NCBI GenBank assembly: GCA_963823035.1
Contig: CAWGKG010000010.1
Coordinates: 32,001-96,000, forward strand
Source: an uncultured Gemmatimonadales bacterium
GTDB taxonomy: Bacteria > Gemmatimonadota > Gemmatimonadetes > Longimicrobiales > Gaopeijiaceae
Direction of reading: 5' to 3'
Length of the DNA: 64,000 nt
Shown here piece after piece: positions 10,291 to 20,537 of this stretch (its first letter is position 1; each line of letters starts with the position of its first letter). A program made the position numbers and the translations under genes. Under the pieces are notes generated by a model, which made no database searches, was not told the origin of the DNA, and saw nothing but the letters and a program-made list of their open reading frames with translations.

Positions 10291-10791
10291 ATGATCGCGC
10301 GCCGAGCCCAAGCCGAACGGAAGGAGGTTCGGCGCGCGATCGTGGTCTTCGCCCTCGCCCTCCTCCTCCCGTTCGTGCCGGCGCGCCTCCACGCGCAGGT
10401 CGCGATCTTCCCGATCCAGAACCTGACGTTCGGGACGCTCCGCCCCGGCATGCCCGAGTACGTCGCCGCGGACGACGTGGCACGTCGAGCGGAGCTGCAG
10501 ATCGTCGGATCCGGCAGGGTGGTGGTCACCTTCGCGCTTCCCGCGCAGATGACGAGCCCGAGCGGCCACCGCGTGGCGCTCGAGTTCCGGAAGGGCGACG
10601 CGATGCTCGTGACGCGTGCCGGCGACCGGGAGAAGCACTTCGACCCGAACAAGCCGAAGCACTTCACCATCAAGGACCGTGACGGCGGCGGCACACTGTG
10701 CATCGGGGGGATGGCCCTTCCGGACGCGTCGCAGCCTCCGGGGCGCTATACTGCCATGATCACCATCCAGGTGGTCACCCCCGGGACCTGA
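10291..10791 (+). CDS. Putative minor pilus subunit C, DUF4402-like
   Basis: First 36 aa identical to subunit B, then NLTFGTLRPG ... LCIGG ... PPGRYTAMITIQV. Confidence 0.75.
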   Translation: MIARRAQAERKEVRRAIVVFALALLLPFVPARLHAQVAIFPIQNLTFGTLRPGMPEYVAADDVARRAELQIVGSGRVVVTFALPAQMTSPSGHRVALEFRKGDAMLVTRAGDREKHFDPNKPKHFTIKDRDGGGTLCIGGMALPDASQPPGRYTAMITIQVVTPGT

Positions 10792-10847
10792 CGGGTTCCG
10801 TCTTCGCGCCCAGGCGCACCCCTCACCAGCTCCGGACGGAGACGAGA

Positions 10848-11711
10848 ATGCAGCGGTCGTGGATCGGACGAGGAATCGGTTCCCGGGCGGGACACGCGCT
10901 CCGGGTCCTCTTCGTTCTGGGGTGCCTCTTCGTGATCACCTCGGCGCGCGGCGCGGCCGTGGCGGTCAGCCCGGTCGCCCTCTACATCGACGCCCGCGAC
11001 CGGTCCGGGACGCTGACGCTGTTCAACCCGGGCTCGCGCGCGGAGGAGATCCAGGTCGACTTCGCCTACGGCTATCCCACGTCGGACGACGAGGGAAACG
11101 TCGGGGTCTCGATCATGGACACGGTGCCGGCCGGCGAACCCTCCGCCGTCGACTGGCTGCGCGCCTTCCCGCGCCGCATGGTCCTGCAGCCGGGCCAGCG
11201 CCAGGTCATGCGCGTCATGGTGCAGCCGCCCCCCGGGCTCCCCGAGGGCGAGTACTGGGCCCGCGCGCTCGTGCACTCCCGCGGCGGCCAGCCCCCCATC
11301 GAGCAGCAGCGCGGCGACGTGACCGTCCAGCTCGAGGTCGAGACCGTGGTGGTCGTCGCCGTGAACTACCGGAACGGCTCGATGCATACGGGCCTGCGCG
11401 TGGTCGACGCGTCGGCCACGACGGTCGGAGACACGGTGCGCGCCACCATCGACTATGCCCGCACGGGCAACGCCGCCTACCTCGGCAGGGTGCTCGCCGA
11501 GCTGGTCGACGGCCAGGGCCGGACGGTCGCGAGCAGCGAAGAGGTGCTCGCCGTCTACAAGACGATCCGCCGGCGCCTCGACCTGGTGCCGCCCGAGGGT
11601 GCCGCGGGCCCGTTCCAGGTCCGCTTCACGATGGACACCGACCGCGACGATCTGCCTCCGGGCGGGGCGCTCCCGAGCGAGCGCGTCGTCCACGAGGTCG
11701 ACGTCCGATAG
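10848..11711 (+). CDS. PapD-like periplasmic pilus chaperone
   Basis: Signal peptide, VSPVALYI, TLTLFNPG, FPRRMVLQPGQRQVMRV, GEYW, and a second Ig-like domain with TGNA. Confidence 0.8.
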   Translation: MQRSWIGRGIGSRAGHALRVLFVLGCLFVITSARGAAVAVSPVALYIDARDRSGTLTLFNPGSRAEEIQVDFAYGYPTSDDEGNVGVSIMDTVPAGEPSAVDWLRAFPRRMVLQPGQRQVMRVMVQPPPGLPEGEYWARALVHSRGGQPPIEQQRGDVTVQLEVETVVVVAVNYRNGSMHTGLRVVDASATTVGDTVRATIDYARTGNAAYLGRVLAELVDGQGRTVASSEEVLAVYKTIRRRLDLVPPEGAAGPFQVRFTMDTDRDDLPPGGALPSERVVHEVDVR

Positions 11712-11719
11712 GAGGCGCC

Positions 11720-14229
11720 GTGCGTCGCCTCGCCGCCCTCCTTCTCTTCCTGGCGGCGGGATTCGCACCCCTCCACGCCCAGGAGACCTTCGAGGAGGGG
11801 TTCTTCGAGGTCTACGTCCAGCGCGTCCCGACGCGCATCACGGTCACGACGCTGGTCGACGCCCGCGGCGAGGTGCTGATTCCGCTCCGTCCGGTCCTCG
11901 AGCACGTGGGCATCCCCCTCAAGGTCCGAGGCCGGCACCCTGGTGCTGGAATGGCCCCCTGGGGAATGGCGCACCGTGCTCGATCGGGCCGCACGCACCA
12001 TCGCCGTGGGCGACGAGGCCACGGCCGTGTCCGAGTCGGACTGGGTGGAGCGGGGCGGCGAGTTGTACCTGACCAGCCCCGTGCTGGCGCGCATCCTGGC
12101 CGCCCGGGTGGACGTCGACTGGGCGGGGCTCGGCATCGTGATCTCCCAGAACGCGGAGTTCCCCGCCACCCGTCGGCTGGAGCGCGAGGCCCGCCGGGAG
12201 CGGGAGCGCCTCGCCGCCGAACGGATGGCGCCCACCGAGGTGGCACTCCCCTTCCGCCCGCGCTCGGGGGGCGTCACGGGAACGTGGGGGTTCGCCCTCT
12301 CCGGCGCCGAAGGTGTCTACCGGGGTGCGCTGCGGAGCGGCGTCGGCGGGAGCCTCTGGGGCGGGGCCACGGAATTCGGCGGCACGCTGTCGTTCGGGGA
12401 CCACGTGGGCGAGGCGTTCAACGACGGCTACGCCCGCTACAGCCGCGTCTTCCCGAACGGCACGCTCCTGCGCCAGGTCCAGGTGGGAAGCGTGCTCTCC
12501 GACGGCCCGGTGGCGCGCCGCCTGGTGGGCGTGACGCTCACGAACGAGCCCTACACGATGCCGCGCTACTTCGCCGAGGCCCTCATCGAGCCCTCCGTCC
12601 CGTCGGGGTGGGAGTACGAGGTCTACCAGGGAGAGACCCTCGTGGGCGTGTCGTCGGGCGACGAGCCGTCCAGCCTGCACGCTCCCCTCAACTACGGCAA
12701 CACACCCGTTCGCGTCCGGATGATCGGGCCCGCCGGGGAGGAGCGGGTCGAGCAGCTCCTGTACGTGGTCCCGCCGACGCGCATCCCGTCGGGGGAGTGG
12801 CGGTACGACCTGGGGCTGGGCTCCTGTCGGGACCCCTCCTGCGACGGCTACGCCTACGGCGAGGTGCGCCGCGGCGTGACGCCGTGGATGACGGCCGGCC
12901 TGGGGATGGACCGGCTCGACCCGGTCGAGGGGCGCGTGCGCGTGCGGCCCTACGGCTACCTGGGTGTGTCCCCCCTGCAGTCGCTGAGCGTGGACGTGCA
13001 ATCGCAGCCGGGGTCGTTCTTCCAGACGAGCGTGGACTTCGCCACCGTGGACCGCGGCGTGTACGGGGCCTCGTACGCCTGGACCCGCCCGACCGGGGAC
13101 GCGCCGACGCTGGACGGATGGTATGGGCAGCTCACGGCCAACGTGCCGACGAACCTGCTGGGGGGACGGACCCTTTCCGGGCGCCTCCTGCTGCGCGGCA
13201 CGGAGTCGGGCACCGCCGATTCCTGGCAGGCCAACCTGGCCACGACCGTGCGACGCTCGTACGTCTCGATGGACTGGGAGTCCGGGCTGCAGGCCCGCCG
13301 CGTACTGACCGCAAGAGCCTTCACGCCGATCGCGTCGCCCACCGCGACCTATCTCCGGGACCTGGCCACCTCGGTCGGTCTGGCCGCCACGTCGCGGGGA
13401 CCGGAGTTCCTCGAACTGGGCGTATCCTTCCGGCCGGTGCCGACCGGGAGCCTCAGCCTGAGCCTGCGCGCGAGCCGCGGCGCCCCCGCGCTGCTCAGCA
13501 TCGGCTTCGTGAGCCGGCGTCCGCAGGGGTATTTCCAGGCGCGGGCGGCACGCGGCAGCAGCGCCGGCCTCTTCCTGTCGGGAGACGGCGGCGTGACGTG
13601 GGACCCCGAGACGGGCGTCGTGCCGCTCCCCTTCCAGAGCCTCGGGCGCTCGGGGATCCGCGGGCGGGTGTTCTACGACGTGGACGGCGACGGCGTGGAC
13701 GGGCCGGGCGACCTTCCGGCCCCGGACGTGGACGTGCTCATCCGCGGGGACCGGGTGACCACCGGCCCAGAACGGAAGCTACCGGGCCTGGGAGATCCGG
13801 CCCTACGACGTCGTGCGGGTGGCCGTGGACTCGCTGAGCGTCGACCCGAGCTGGGTGCCCGCTCCCCGTGAGGTCCTCCTGCGCCCATCCCCCAACCTCT
13901 TCAACGAGGTGAGCCTCCCCCTGCGGCGTACGCGCGAGGTGATCGGCACCGTCGAGCTGGGCGGCGACACCCCTCACCCGCTCGCCGGCGTGGCCGTCGA
14001 GATCCGCGACGAGTCGGGACGCCTCGTGGCCACGGAGCGCACCTTCAGCGACGGAGTCTACTACTTCCAGCGCATCCCGCCGGGCCGCTACACGGTCGGC
14101 GTGGCCTCCGCCTCCCTGGAGGCGCTGGGGGCCCCGGGAACGGCGCCCCTCCGTCTGGAGATCGCCGCCGGCACGGACGCTCCGGTCGAGGTTCCGGTGC
14201 TGCGCGTCGAGCCCGGAGGAGGGCTCTGA
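11720..14229 (+). CDS. Usher-like outer-membrane protein with C-terminal SdrD-B/carboxypeptidase-regulatory-like domains (frameshifts near 11930 and 13770)
   Basis: GTG start after GGAGG, signal peptide ending LHA-Q, amphipathic beta strands, GWEYEVY...PLNYGNT...GPAGE segment, GRVFYDVDGDGVDG, DGVYYFQRIPPGRYTV. Confidence 0.72.
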
Positions 14230-14399
14230 GCCTTGCGCACACGGCCTTTCGGGCCTGTAGTTGGCCGGGGGGTCGGTCGGCGAAGGCAACCGCTCAAGTA
14301 ATTCCGAGCCGCGACCGTTACTCCCGGTCAGAAGGGGGAGCACCCGGTCGCACGGCTGGAGGGTCGGCGCCCGGGCTTCCACGGACGAGAGGGCTCCGC

Positions 14400-14813
14400 G
14401 TGGCTTGGACCCGTCGGAAGATCCCGGTGTCGTCGGCGTTGTCGGTGCTGCTCGCCCTGTTCTCCCTCGCGGGGACGGCGACGCGCGCCGAGGCCCAGTC
14501 GGCCGGGGCGACCGTACGGGCCTCCGTGACGATCCTGGACGCGGTCGGCGTGTCTGCGGGCGCCGGGCTGAGCGTCTTGGACGCGGGACCGGGCGAGATC
14601 CGAATCGGTGGCTACATGGAGGTCACCAGCCCGGTCCCGCATATCCTCACCTCCTCCGTCGGACCCGCCGACCTCCCCTGGGTCGCGGGGCAGTACTCGC
14701 ACGTGCGCTCCGGCACGCAGGGCACGGTCCCGCAGCGTGTCGACGTGCGATTGGATTGGTCGCGGGCCGACCGGCCGATGAAGCTGGTCTTCACGATCGC
14801 CGTCATCCTGTGA
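14400..14813 (+). CDS. Small secreted beta-rich protein, possible additional pilus subunit
   Basis: Signal peptide ending AEA-Q. Mature N-terminus QSAGATVRASVTIL resembles QSATGTVSATATVL of the major subunit. Confidence 0.6.
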   Translation: MAWTRRKIPVSSALSVLLALFSLAGTATRAEAQSAGATVRASVTILDAVGVSAGAGLSVLDAGPGEIRIGGYMEVTSPVPHILTSSVGPADLPWVAGQYSHVRSGTQGTVPQRVDVRLDWSRADRPMKLVFTIAVIL

Positions 14814-14867
14814 GCGCCTCCCGAACGGCATCTGGCGGGGCAGCACGTGTGACCGAAGATCGCCCGG

Positions 14868-15518
14868 GGGGTGGCGTCGCCCTCGCCGGCTGTGAGAGCA
14901 GCTCCGGGCCCGGAGACATCGAGCCGCCCCCGACACCCGCCGTCGCGTCGCTCGAGATCACCTCCGCCCCCGACACCCTCTTCTCCGTGGGGGCAGCCAC
15001 GACCCTCGCGGTGGTGGCGCGCGACGCCTCGGGCGGGGCCCTCCGCCAGGCCACGATCTCCTGGCGGTCGCTCGATCCCTCCGTCGCGGTCGACGCGAGC
15101 GGCATGGTCATCGCCGTCGCCGACGGGACGGCGCCGGTCGTCGCCTCGTCCGGGTCGGCGGCCGACACCGCGCTCGTCACCGTGCACCAGAAGGCCGCCA
15201 CGCTCACCCTCACCCCTGCCGCCGACACCCTGGGGTTCGTCGGCGATTCGGTCGTGCTCGTCTTATCGGTGCGGGACGGCGGCGGCACCCCGATCGCGCA
15301 CCTCCACCTGACCTGGCAATCCTCGGACACGTCGGTCGTCGCGATGTCGGAGTTCGGAGCGGCGGTCGCGCGCCGACGTTCGCGACGGGGATCTGAAGCT
15401 CGACCACGTCCCGGCGCTGGCCTCCGTGGACCTCCACGCGCTGGAGTACGTCGTCGACGAGCTCGTGGTCCTCTGGACGTCGGGGGACTGGGCGTCGCCC
15501 CTCAGCGAGGCAGGGTAG
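14868..15518 (+). pseudogene. Remnant of an Ig-like (Big_2) repeat lipoprotein
   Basis: LAGC lipobox without a clear start, two Ig-like repeats (SWRSLDPSVAVDASG, TWQSSDTSVV), then an abrupt loss of frame. Confidence 0.55.
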
Positions 15519-15566
15519 GCTGCGGGAGGGGAGCAGCAAGCGAGGTGCTGCCATGGCCGCATGGGC

Positions 15567-16938
15567 TCAGTCGATGAGCCCCAGGCGCTTGCGCCGCATC
15601 CACAGCACCTTCCGTGTCACGCCCAGCTCCTCGGCCGCCCGGGCGACCTGCGCCGTCGCACGCTTCGAGGGTGGCCTCGATGTAGCGGCGCTCGACCTCC
15701 TCGAGCGTGAGGCCGAGGGGAAGCGCGAGGCCGTCGGCCGCCGGCGGGGCGGGCGCGCCGGGCGCGCCGGTGCGCCCCGTGGGCACGTCGACCGCGAGGA
15801 CGGGACCGCGCGAGAAGATCAGCGCTCGCTCGATGGCGTTGCGCAGCTCGCGGACGTTGCCCGGGCCAGTCGTACTCCTGCAGGCGGCGGGAGCTCTCCG
15901 GGTCCAGCGTCGGGGCGGGCCGGCGGAAGTAGGCGGCGGCCTTCTCCACGAAGTGCTCCGCGAACATCGGGATGTCGCTGCGGATCTCGCGCAGGGGCGG
16001 GAGGACGAACTGGGCGACGGCGAGCCGATAGTAGAGGTCCTCGCGGAAGCGCCCCGCGTGCACCTCCTCGTGCACGTCGGCGTTCGTGGCCGCCACGATG
16101 CGCGCGTCCGAGCGTCGGTCCGCCGTGCCGCCGACGCGCCGGAACGTCCGCGACTCGAGGAAGGTGAGGAGCTTGGCCTGCAGCTCCAGCGGCAGCGTGC
16201 CGATCTCGTCGAGGAAGAGCGTGCCCGAGGCCGCCACCTCCGCGAGGCCCTGCTTGGCCTGCCGCGCGTCGGTGAAGGCGCCCTTCTCGTAGCCGAACAG
16301 CTCCGCCTCGAGGAGGTTGGCCGGGAGCGCCGCGCAGTTGACCTCGACGAAGCGGAAGGGCGCCGCCTCGCTCGCGGCGTGGATGGCGCGCGCCACGAGG
16401 TTCTTCCCGGTGCCGGACTCGCCCAGGAGGAGGCGAGGGCACCCGTGCGGCGGCGGCCACGTTCTCGATGAAGTCCCGCAGCTGCTCGATGCGCGGGTGA
16501 TGGCCCAGGATCGTGGCGTCGAAGCGGTCCCGCGTGGCCTCCCGCAGGATCTCCCGCGCGGGCGCCTCGTCGAGCGCCCGGTGGATGCGGGTGATGAGGA
16601 TCCTGGGCTCCACGGGCTTGGTCACGAAGTCGGTCGCGCCGGCCGCGAACGCCGCCTCCGCGGTGGCCGGCGCCCTCCATCCCCGTGAGGATGATGACCG
16701 GCATGTCCGGGAACTCCTCGCGCAGGATGCGCGTCAGCTCGATGCCGTCCATCTCGGGCATGGACACGTCGCAGATCGCGAGGTCCGGCGCCTCCTGGCG
16801 GGCCAGCTCGAGCCCCTGCCTCGAGTCGGTGGCCGAAACGGTGCGGTACGCCCGGTCCCGCTCGAGGACCGCGGTGAGCAGCGCCACCTGGTCCGGGTCG
16901 TCGTCCACCACGAGGATCGTGCTTCGCTTCGGAGGCAA
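15567..16938 (-). CDS. NtrC-family sigma-54 response regulator (several frameshifts; start uncertain)
   Basis: Receiver ILVVDDD...[38 protein letters not shown] and an HTH spread over three frames. Confidence 0.88.
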
Positions 16939-17197
16939 GGCTGGATGGGTGCGGGGAGCGCGGCGGCATCGCGTCGGGTGCCGGAATGCGGAGGTTAGCG
17001 TGCCCGCGCGGGCCGCGGAACGCAAGGGACGGCGCCGCCAATCCCGCCGCGCGATCTTGCCATGGATACCGCACGCTTCCAGCTTTCGAGGGTGGTAACC
17101 GAGGGTCTGTTCCGGCCACACTCGCCGATGCCGAGGGACCCTCGTGACGAGTCCGGCAGTGGGGCGGTCGAGGTCAGCCCCGGCGGCGCCGACGAGC

Positions 17198-17867
17198 ATG
17201 GAAACGTCCGGGGGGCGGGAGGCCGAGTTCATCGGCACCATCACCGCCTCCGCGACGCACGAGATGCGCAACGTCCTGGCCATCGTGAAGGAATCCGCTG
17301 GCCTGATCGAAGATCTCGTGCATGCGTCTTCCAGGGCGGGGGGCGCGCCTCATGGCGACCGGATCCTCAAAGCCACGGGCCGCATCGACGCGCAGGTGGC
17401 GCGAGGCGCCGAGATCGTGACGCGTCTCAACCGCTTCGCGCACTCGATGGACGGGGGGCGGGAACGCGTCGATCTGGCCGAGGAGGTGCGCGAGGTGGCG
17501 TTCCTCTCCCAGCGCCTCGCCCGCACGAAGTGCCACACCGTGGTTGCCGTGACTCCCGAGGGCCCCGTCTGGATCGGCGGCAACTCGTCTGCACGTGCAG
17601 ATGTCGCTCTACGCGGCCGTGGCGTTCTGTGTCGCCGATCTGCCCGAGGGCGCGTCGCTGGAGCTGAGCGCCTGCGGGGAGGGAGCGGGAGCGCGACGAC
17701 GGCCGATGTCAGGGTCACCGCGGAGCCGGGGACGCCGTTGCCCCGCCCCGGCGGAATCGCCCGCGTGGGGGCGGCTGCAAGCTCTGCTCGCGGGCCTCGG
17801 CATCGATCTCCAGGCGCACGGAGAGGACGGCTACGGGGTCCGTCTTCTCTACGGGGAAGGGGGGTAG
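17198..17867 (+). CDS. Sensor-less HisKA-like protein with a degenerate ATPase region (frameshift near 17590)
   Basis: H-box ASATHEMRNVLA and LNRFAH. No N/G1/F/G2 boxes recognised. Confidence 0.65.
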
Positions 17868-17940
17868 GTCCGCAGGGTCACGCGACGTGAAAGGACATCT
17901 GCGCCTCCAGGCGGGCGAGGCCGGATCCAGCTGAGGGCAT

Positions 17941-18834
17941 ATGAGCAAGATCCGCGTGCTCCTCGTCGACGACGAGGTAGACTACGTCCGCACGATGGCC
18001 GAGCGCATGGAGATGCGCGACCTGAGCAGCCGTGTCGCGACCAGCGGTGCGGAGGCTTTGAGCATGGTCGAGGACGAGCCGCCCGACGTGATGGTCCTCG
18101 ACCTTCGCATGCCCGGGATCGACGGGATGGAGGTCCTGGAGCGGGTGAAGATCGAGCACCCGCAGGTGCAGGTGATCATCCTCACCGGCCACGGCTCGGA
18201 AAACGAGGAAAAGGAAGCCCGGGCGCTCGGCGCCTTCGAATACCTCCAGAAACCTGCTGACACGGGACAGTTGATCGACGTCATCACCGCCGCCTGGAAA
18301 CGCGGCCTCAAGGTCGCCGCCGACTTCCTCCGGGAGTCCAAGGGGGAGTTCGACCGCACGATGCAGGCGGCCGCCTGGGCGGAGGCCGGGGAGCGCGACA
18401 TGGCCGTCGATGCCATGTCGAAGACCCCGCGCGGGGAGGCCAGGGCCGTGCCCGCCCGAGCGGTGAAGGTCCTCCTCGTGGACGACGAGGAGGACTACGT
18501 GCGCACGATGGCCGAGCGCATGGAGATGCGCGACCTCGGCAGCGACGTCGCGCTCACGGGTGAGCAGGCGCTGGAGATGCTGGAGGCCGACCTCCCCGAC
18601 GTGATGGTGCTCGACCTGCGCATGCCCGGGATGGACGGGATGGAGGTGCTGGCGCGGGTGAAGGAGGCCCACCCGCAGGTGGAGGTGATCGTGCTCACCG
18701 GCTTCGGCTCGGAGGAGGACGAGCACGAGGCGCGCCGACTCGGCGCGTTCGACTACCTCCGCAAGCCGGTGGACATCGGCGACCTGATGAGCACGATCCG
18801 CAGGGCGGCCCGCGGCAAGGTCGGCGGCTCGTGA
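17941..18834 (+). CDS. Tandem double-receiver response regulator without output domain
   Basis: Two near-identical VLLVDDE...DLRMPG...LTG...KP units. Confidence 0.93.
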   Translation: MSKIRVLLVDDEVDYVRTMAERMEMRDLSSRVATSGAEALSMVEDEPPDVMVLDLRMPGIDGMEVLERVKIEHPQVQVIILTGHGSENEEKEARALGAFEYLQKPADTGQLIDVITAAWKRGLKVAADFLRESKGEFDRTMQAAAWAEAGERDMAVDAMSKTPRGEARAVPARAVKVLLVDDEEDYVRTMAERMEMRDLGSDVALTGEQALEMLEADLPDVMVLDLRMPGMDGMEVLARVKEAHPQVEVIVLTGFGSEEDEHEARRLGAFDYLRKPVDIGDLMSTIRRAARGKVGGS

Positions 18835-20537
18835 TCCCCGACGACCCTCCCCGATCCTCTCCGCCCGATCGCGACCTCGACACGCTGATCTCCGAGGGGC
18901 GGTACCGCCGCATCCTGATCACGGCGCTGCTGGCCGTGTCCGTGGTCGCCGTGGCGCCGCTCCTGATCATGACCGGCGTCAACTACTACCAGTACCGACA
19001 GGCGTTCCGCTCCGAGGTCGCGCGTCCGATGGTGGGGTTCGTCACCAACGGGAAGCAGGCCCTCGAGGCGTTCCTCACCGAGCGACTCGCGGCCCTCGAG
19101 CTGGTGGTGCGCGAGTGCACCTTCGAGGAGCTCGCCGACGAGGCCAGGCTGAGCAACCTCCTCGGCAACATGAAGCGCTCCTTCGGGGGCTTCGTGGACC
19201 TCGGCCTCCTGGACGAGCGCGGCGTCCAGGTGAGCTACGCCGGCCCGTACGAGTTGGGCGGGCGCAGCTACGAGGAGTACCCGTGGTACATGGAGGCGAC
19301 GCAGCACGGCCAGTACGTGAGCGACGTCTTCCTCGGATACCGGAACGCGCCGCACTTCGTGGTCGCCGTGCAGCACGCGCGGGAAAACGGCCGCTCGTTC
19401 GTGCTGCGCGCGACGATCGACAGCGAGCTGATCAACCGCCTGGTGCGCTCGCTCGGCTCGCGACCCTCCACGGACGCCTTCCTCCTGAACAAGGAGGGGT
19501 TGCTGCAGACGCCGTCGAGGCGCTACGGCGCGGCGCTGGAGCCCGCTCCGCTCCAGCCCCTCGCTGCGGGCGCGCAGCCCGAGCTGGCGGAGCTCACCGA
19601 TCAGCGGGGTGACGCGCTCATCCTCGCGCACGCGCTCATCCAGGACAGCCCCTTCACGCTGGTGGTGGTGAGCGCGCAGGGCGACCTGCTGTCGGGGTGG
19701 GTCGCGCTGCGCCGCAACCTCCTGATCTTCCTGGCCGTGAGCATCGTCCTGATCCTCACCGTCGTGACGATCGGCACCACCAAGATGGTCAGCCGCTACC
19801 GCGAGGCGGACATGATGCGTGCCGCCGCGTACCACAAGATGGAGTACACGAACAAGATGGCGGCGCTCGGACGGCTGAGCGCCGGCGTGGCGCACGAGAT
19901 CAACAACCCCGTCTCGATCATCAGCGAGAAGGCCGGGCTGCTGAAGGACCTCCTCCTCATGTCGAAGGAGATGCCGCCCCGGGAGAAGCTCGTCGAGCTG
20001 GTGGACTCGGTGCTCCGGTCGGCGGAGCGCTGCGGGGGGATCACGCACCGGCTGCTCGGCTTCGCCAAGCACATGGAGGTGCGGCGGGACACGATCGAGC
20101 TCGACCAGCTCCTCATCGAGGTTCTCGGCTTCCTCGAGAAGGAGGCCGCCTACCGCAGCATCCAGGTGGACTTCGACTTCCCGGAGGAGCCGCCGCGGAT
20201 CGTGTCGGACCGTGGGCAGCTGCAGCAGGTCTTCCTCAACATCATCAACAACGCCTTCGCCGCGCTGGAGGATCACGGACGCATCGAGATCGGCATCCGC
20301 GACGCGGGTGACGACAAGCTCGCCGTGTGGATCGCCGACGACGGCGTGGGCATCGCGGAGGAGCACCTGTCGCGCATCTTCGATCCCTTCTTCACGACGA
20401 AGAAGGGGGCCGGCACCGGGCTCGGACTGTCGATCACGTACGGCATCGTCCAGAAGCTCGGCGGTGACATCGACGTGCAGAGCAAGGTGGGGGAGGGGAC
20501 ACGCTTCACCGTCACCCTGCCCAGGGGGACCGAGTAG
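18831..20537 (+). CDS. Membrane sensor histidine kinase with a Cache-like extracytoplasmic domain
   Basis: Two TM helices, AHEINNP, QQVFLN, DDGVGI, FFTTK, GTGLGL. Confidence 0.95.
   Translation: MIPDDPPRSSPPDRDLDTLISEGRYRRILITALLAVSVVAVAPLLIMTGVNYYQYRQAFRSEVARPMVGFVTNGKQALEAFLTERLAALELVVRECTFEELADEARLSNLLGNMKRSFGGFVDLGLLDERGVQVSYAGPYELGGRSYEEYPWYMEATQHGQYVSDVFLGYRNAPHFVVAVQHARENGRSFVLRATIDSELINRLVRSLGSRPSTDAFLLNKEGLLQTPSRRYGAALEPAPLQPLAAGAQPELAELTDQRGDALILAHALIQDSPFTLVVVSAQGDLLSGWVALRRNLLIFLAVSIVLILTVVTIGTTKMVSRYREADMMRAAAYHKMEYTNKMAALGRLSAGVAHEINNPVSIISEKAGLLKDLLLMSKEMPPREKLVELVDSVLRSAERCGGITHRLLGFAKHMEVRRDTIELDQLLIEVLGFLEKEAAYRSIQVDFDFPEEPPRIVSDRGQLQQVFLNIINNAFAALEDHGRIEIGIRDAGDDKLAVWIADDGVGIAEEHLSRIFDPFFTTKKGAGTGLGLSITYGIVQKLGGDIDVQSKVGEGTRFTVTLPRGTE

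Larger units (their letters stand above)
9441..10397 (+). repeat. Direct repeat copy 2 (~957 bp)
   Basis: Starts at the base after the stop codon of subunit B and ends within the codon for the Q of LHA-Q. Confidence 0.97.

Noticed and set aside
7990..10397. The repeat as an insertion sequence, composite transposon or CRISPR array
   Set aside because: No transposase, terminal inverted repeats, target duplication or repeat-spacer periodicity. The repeat contains a promoter and structural genes.
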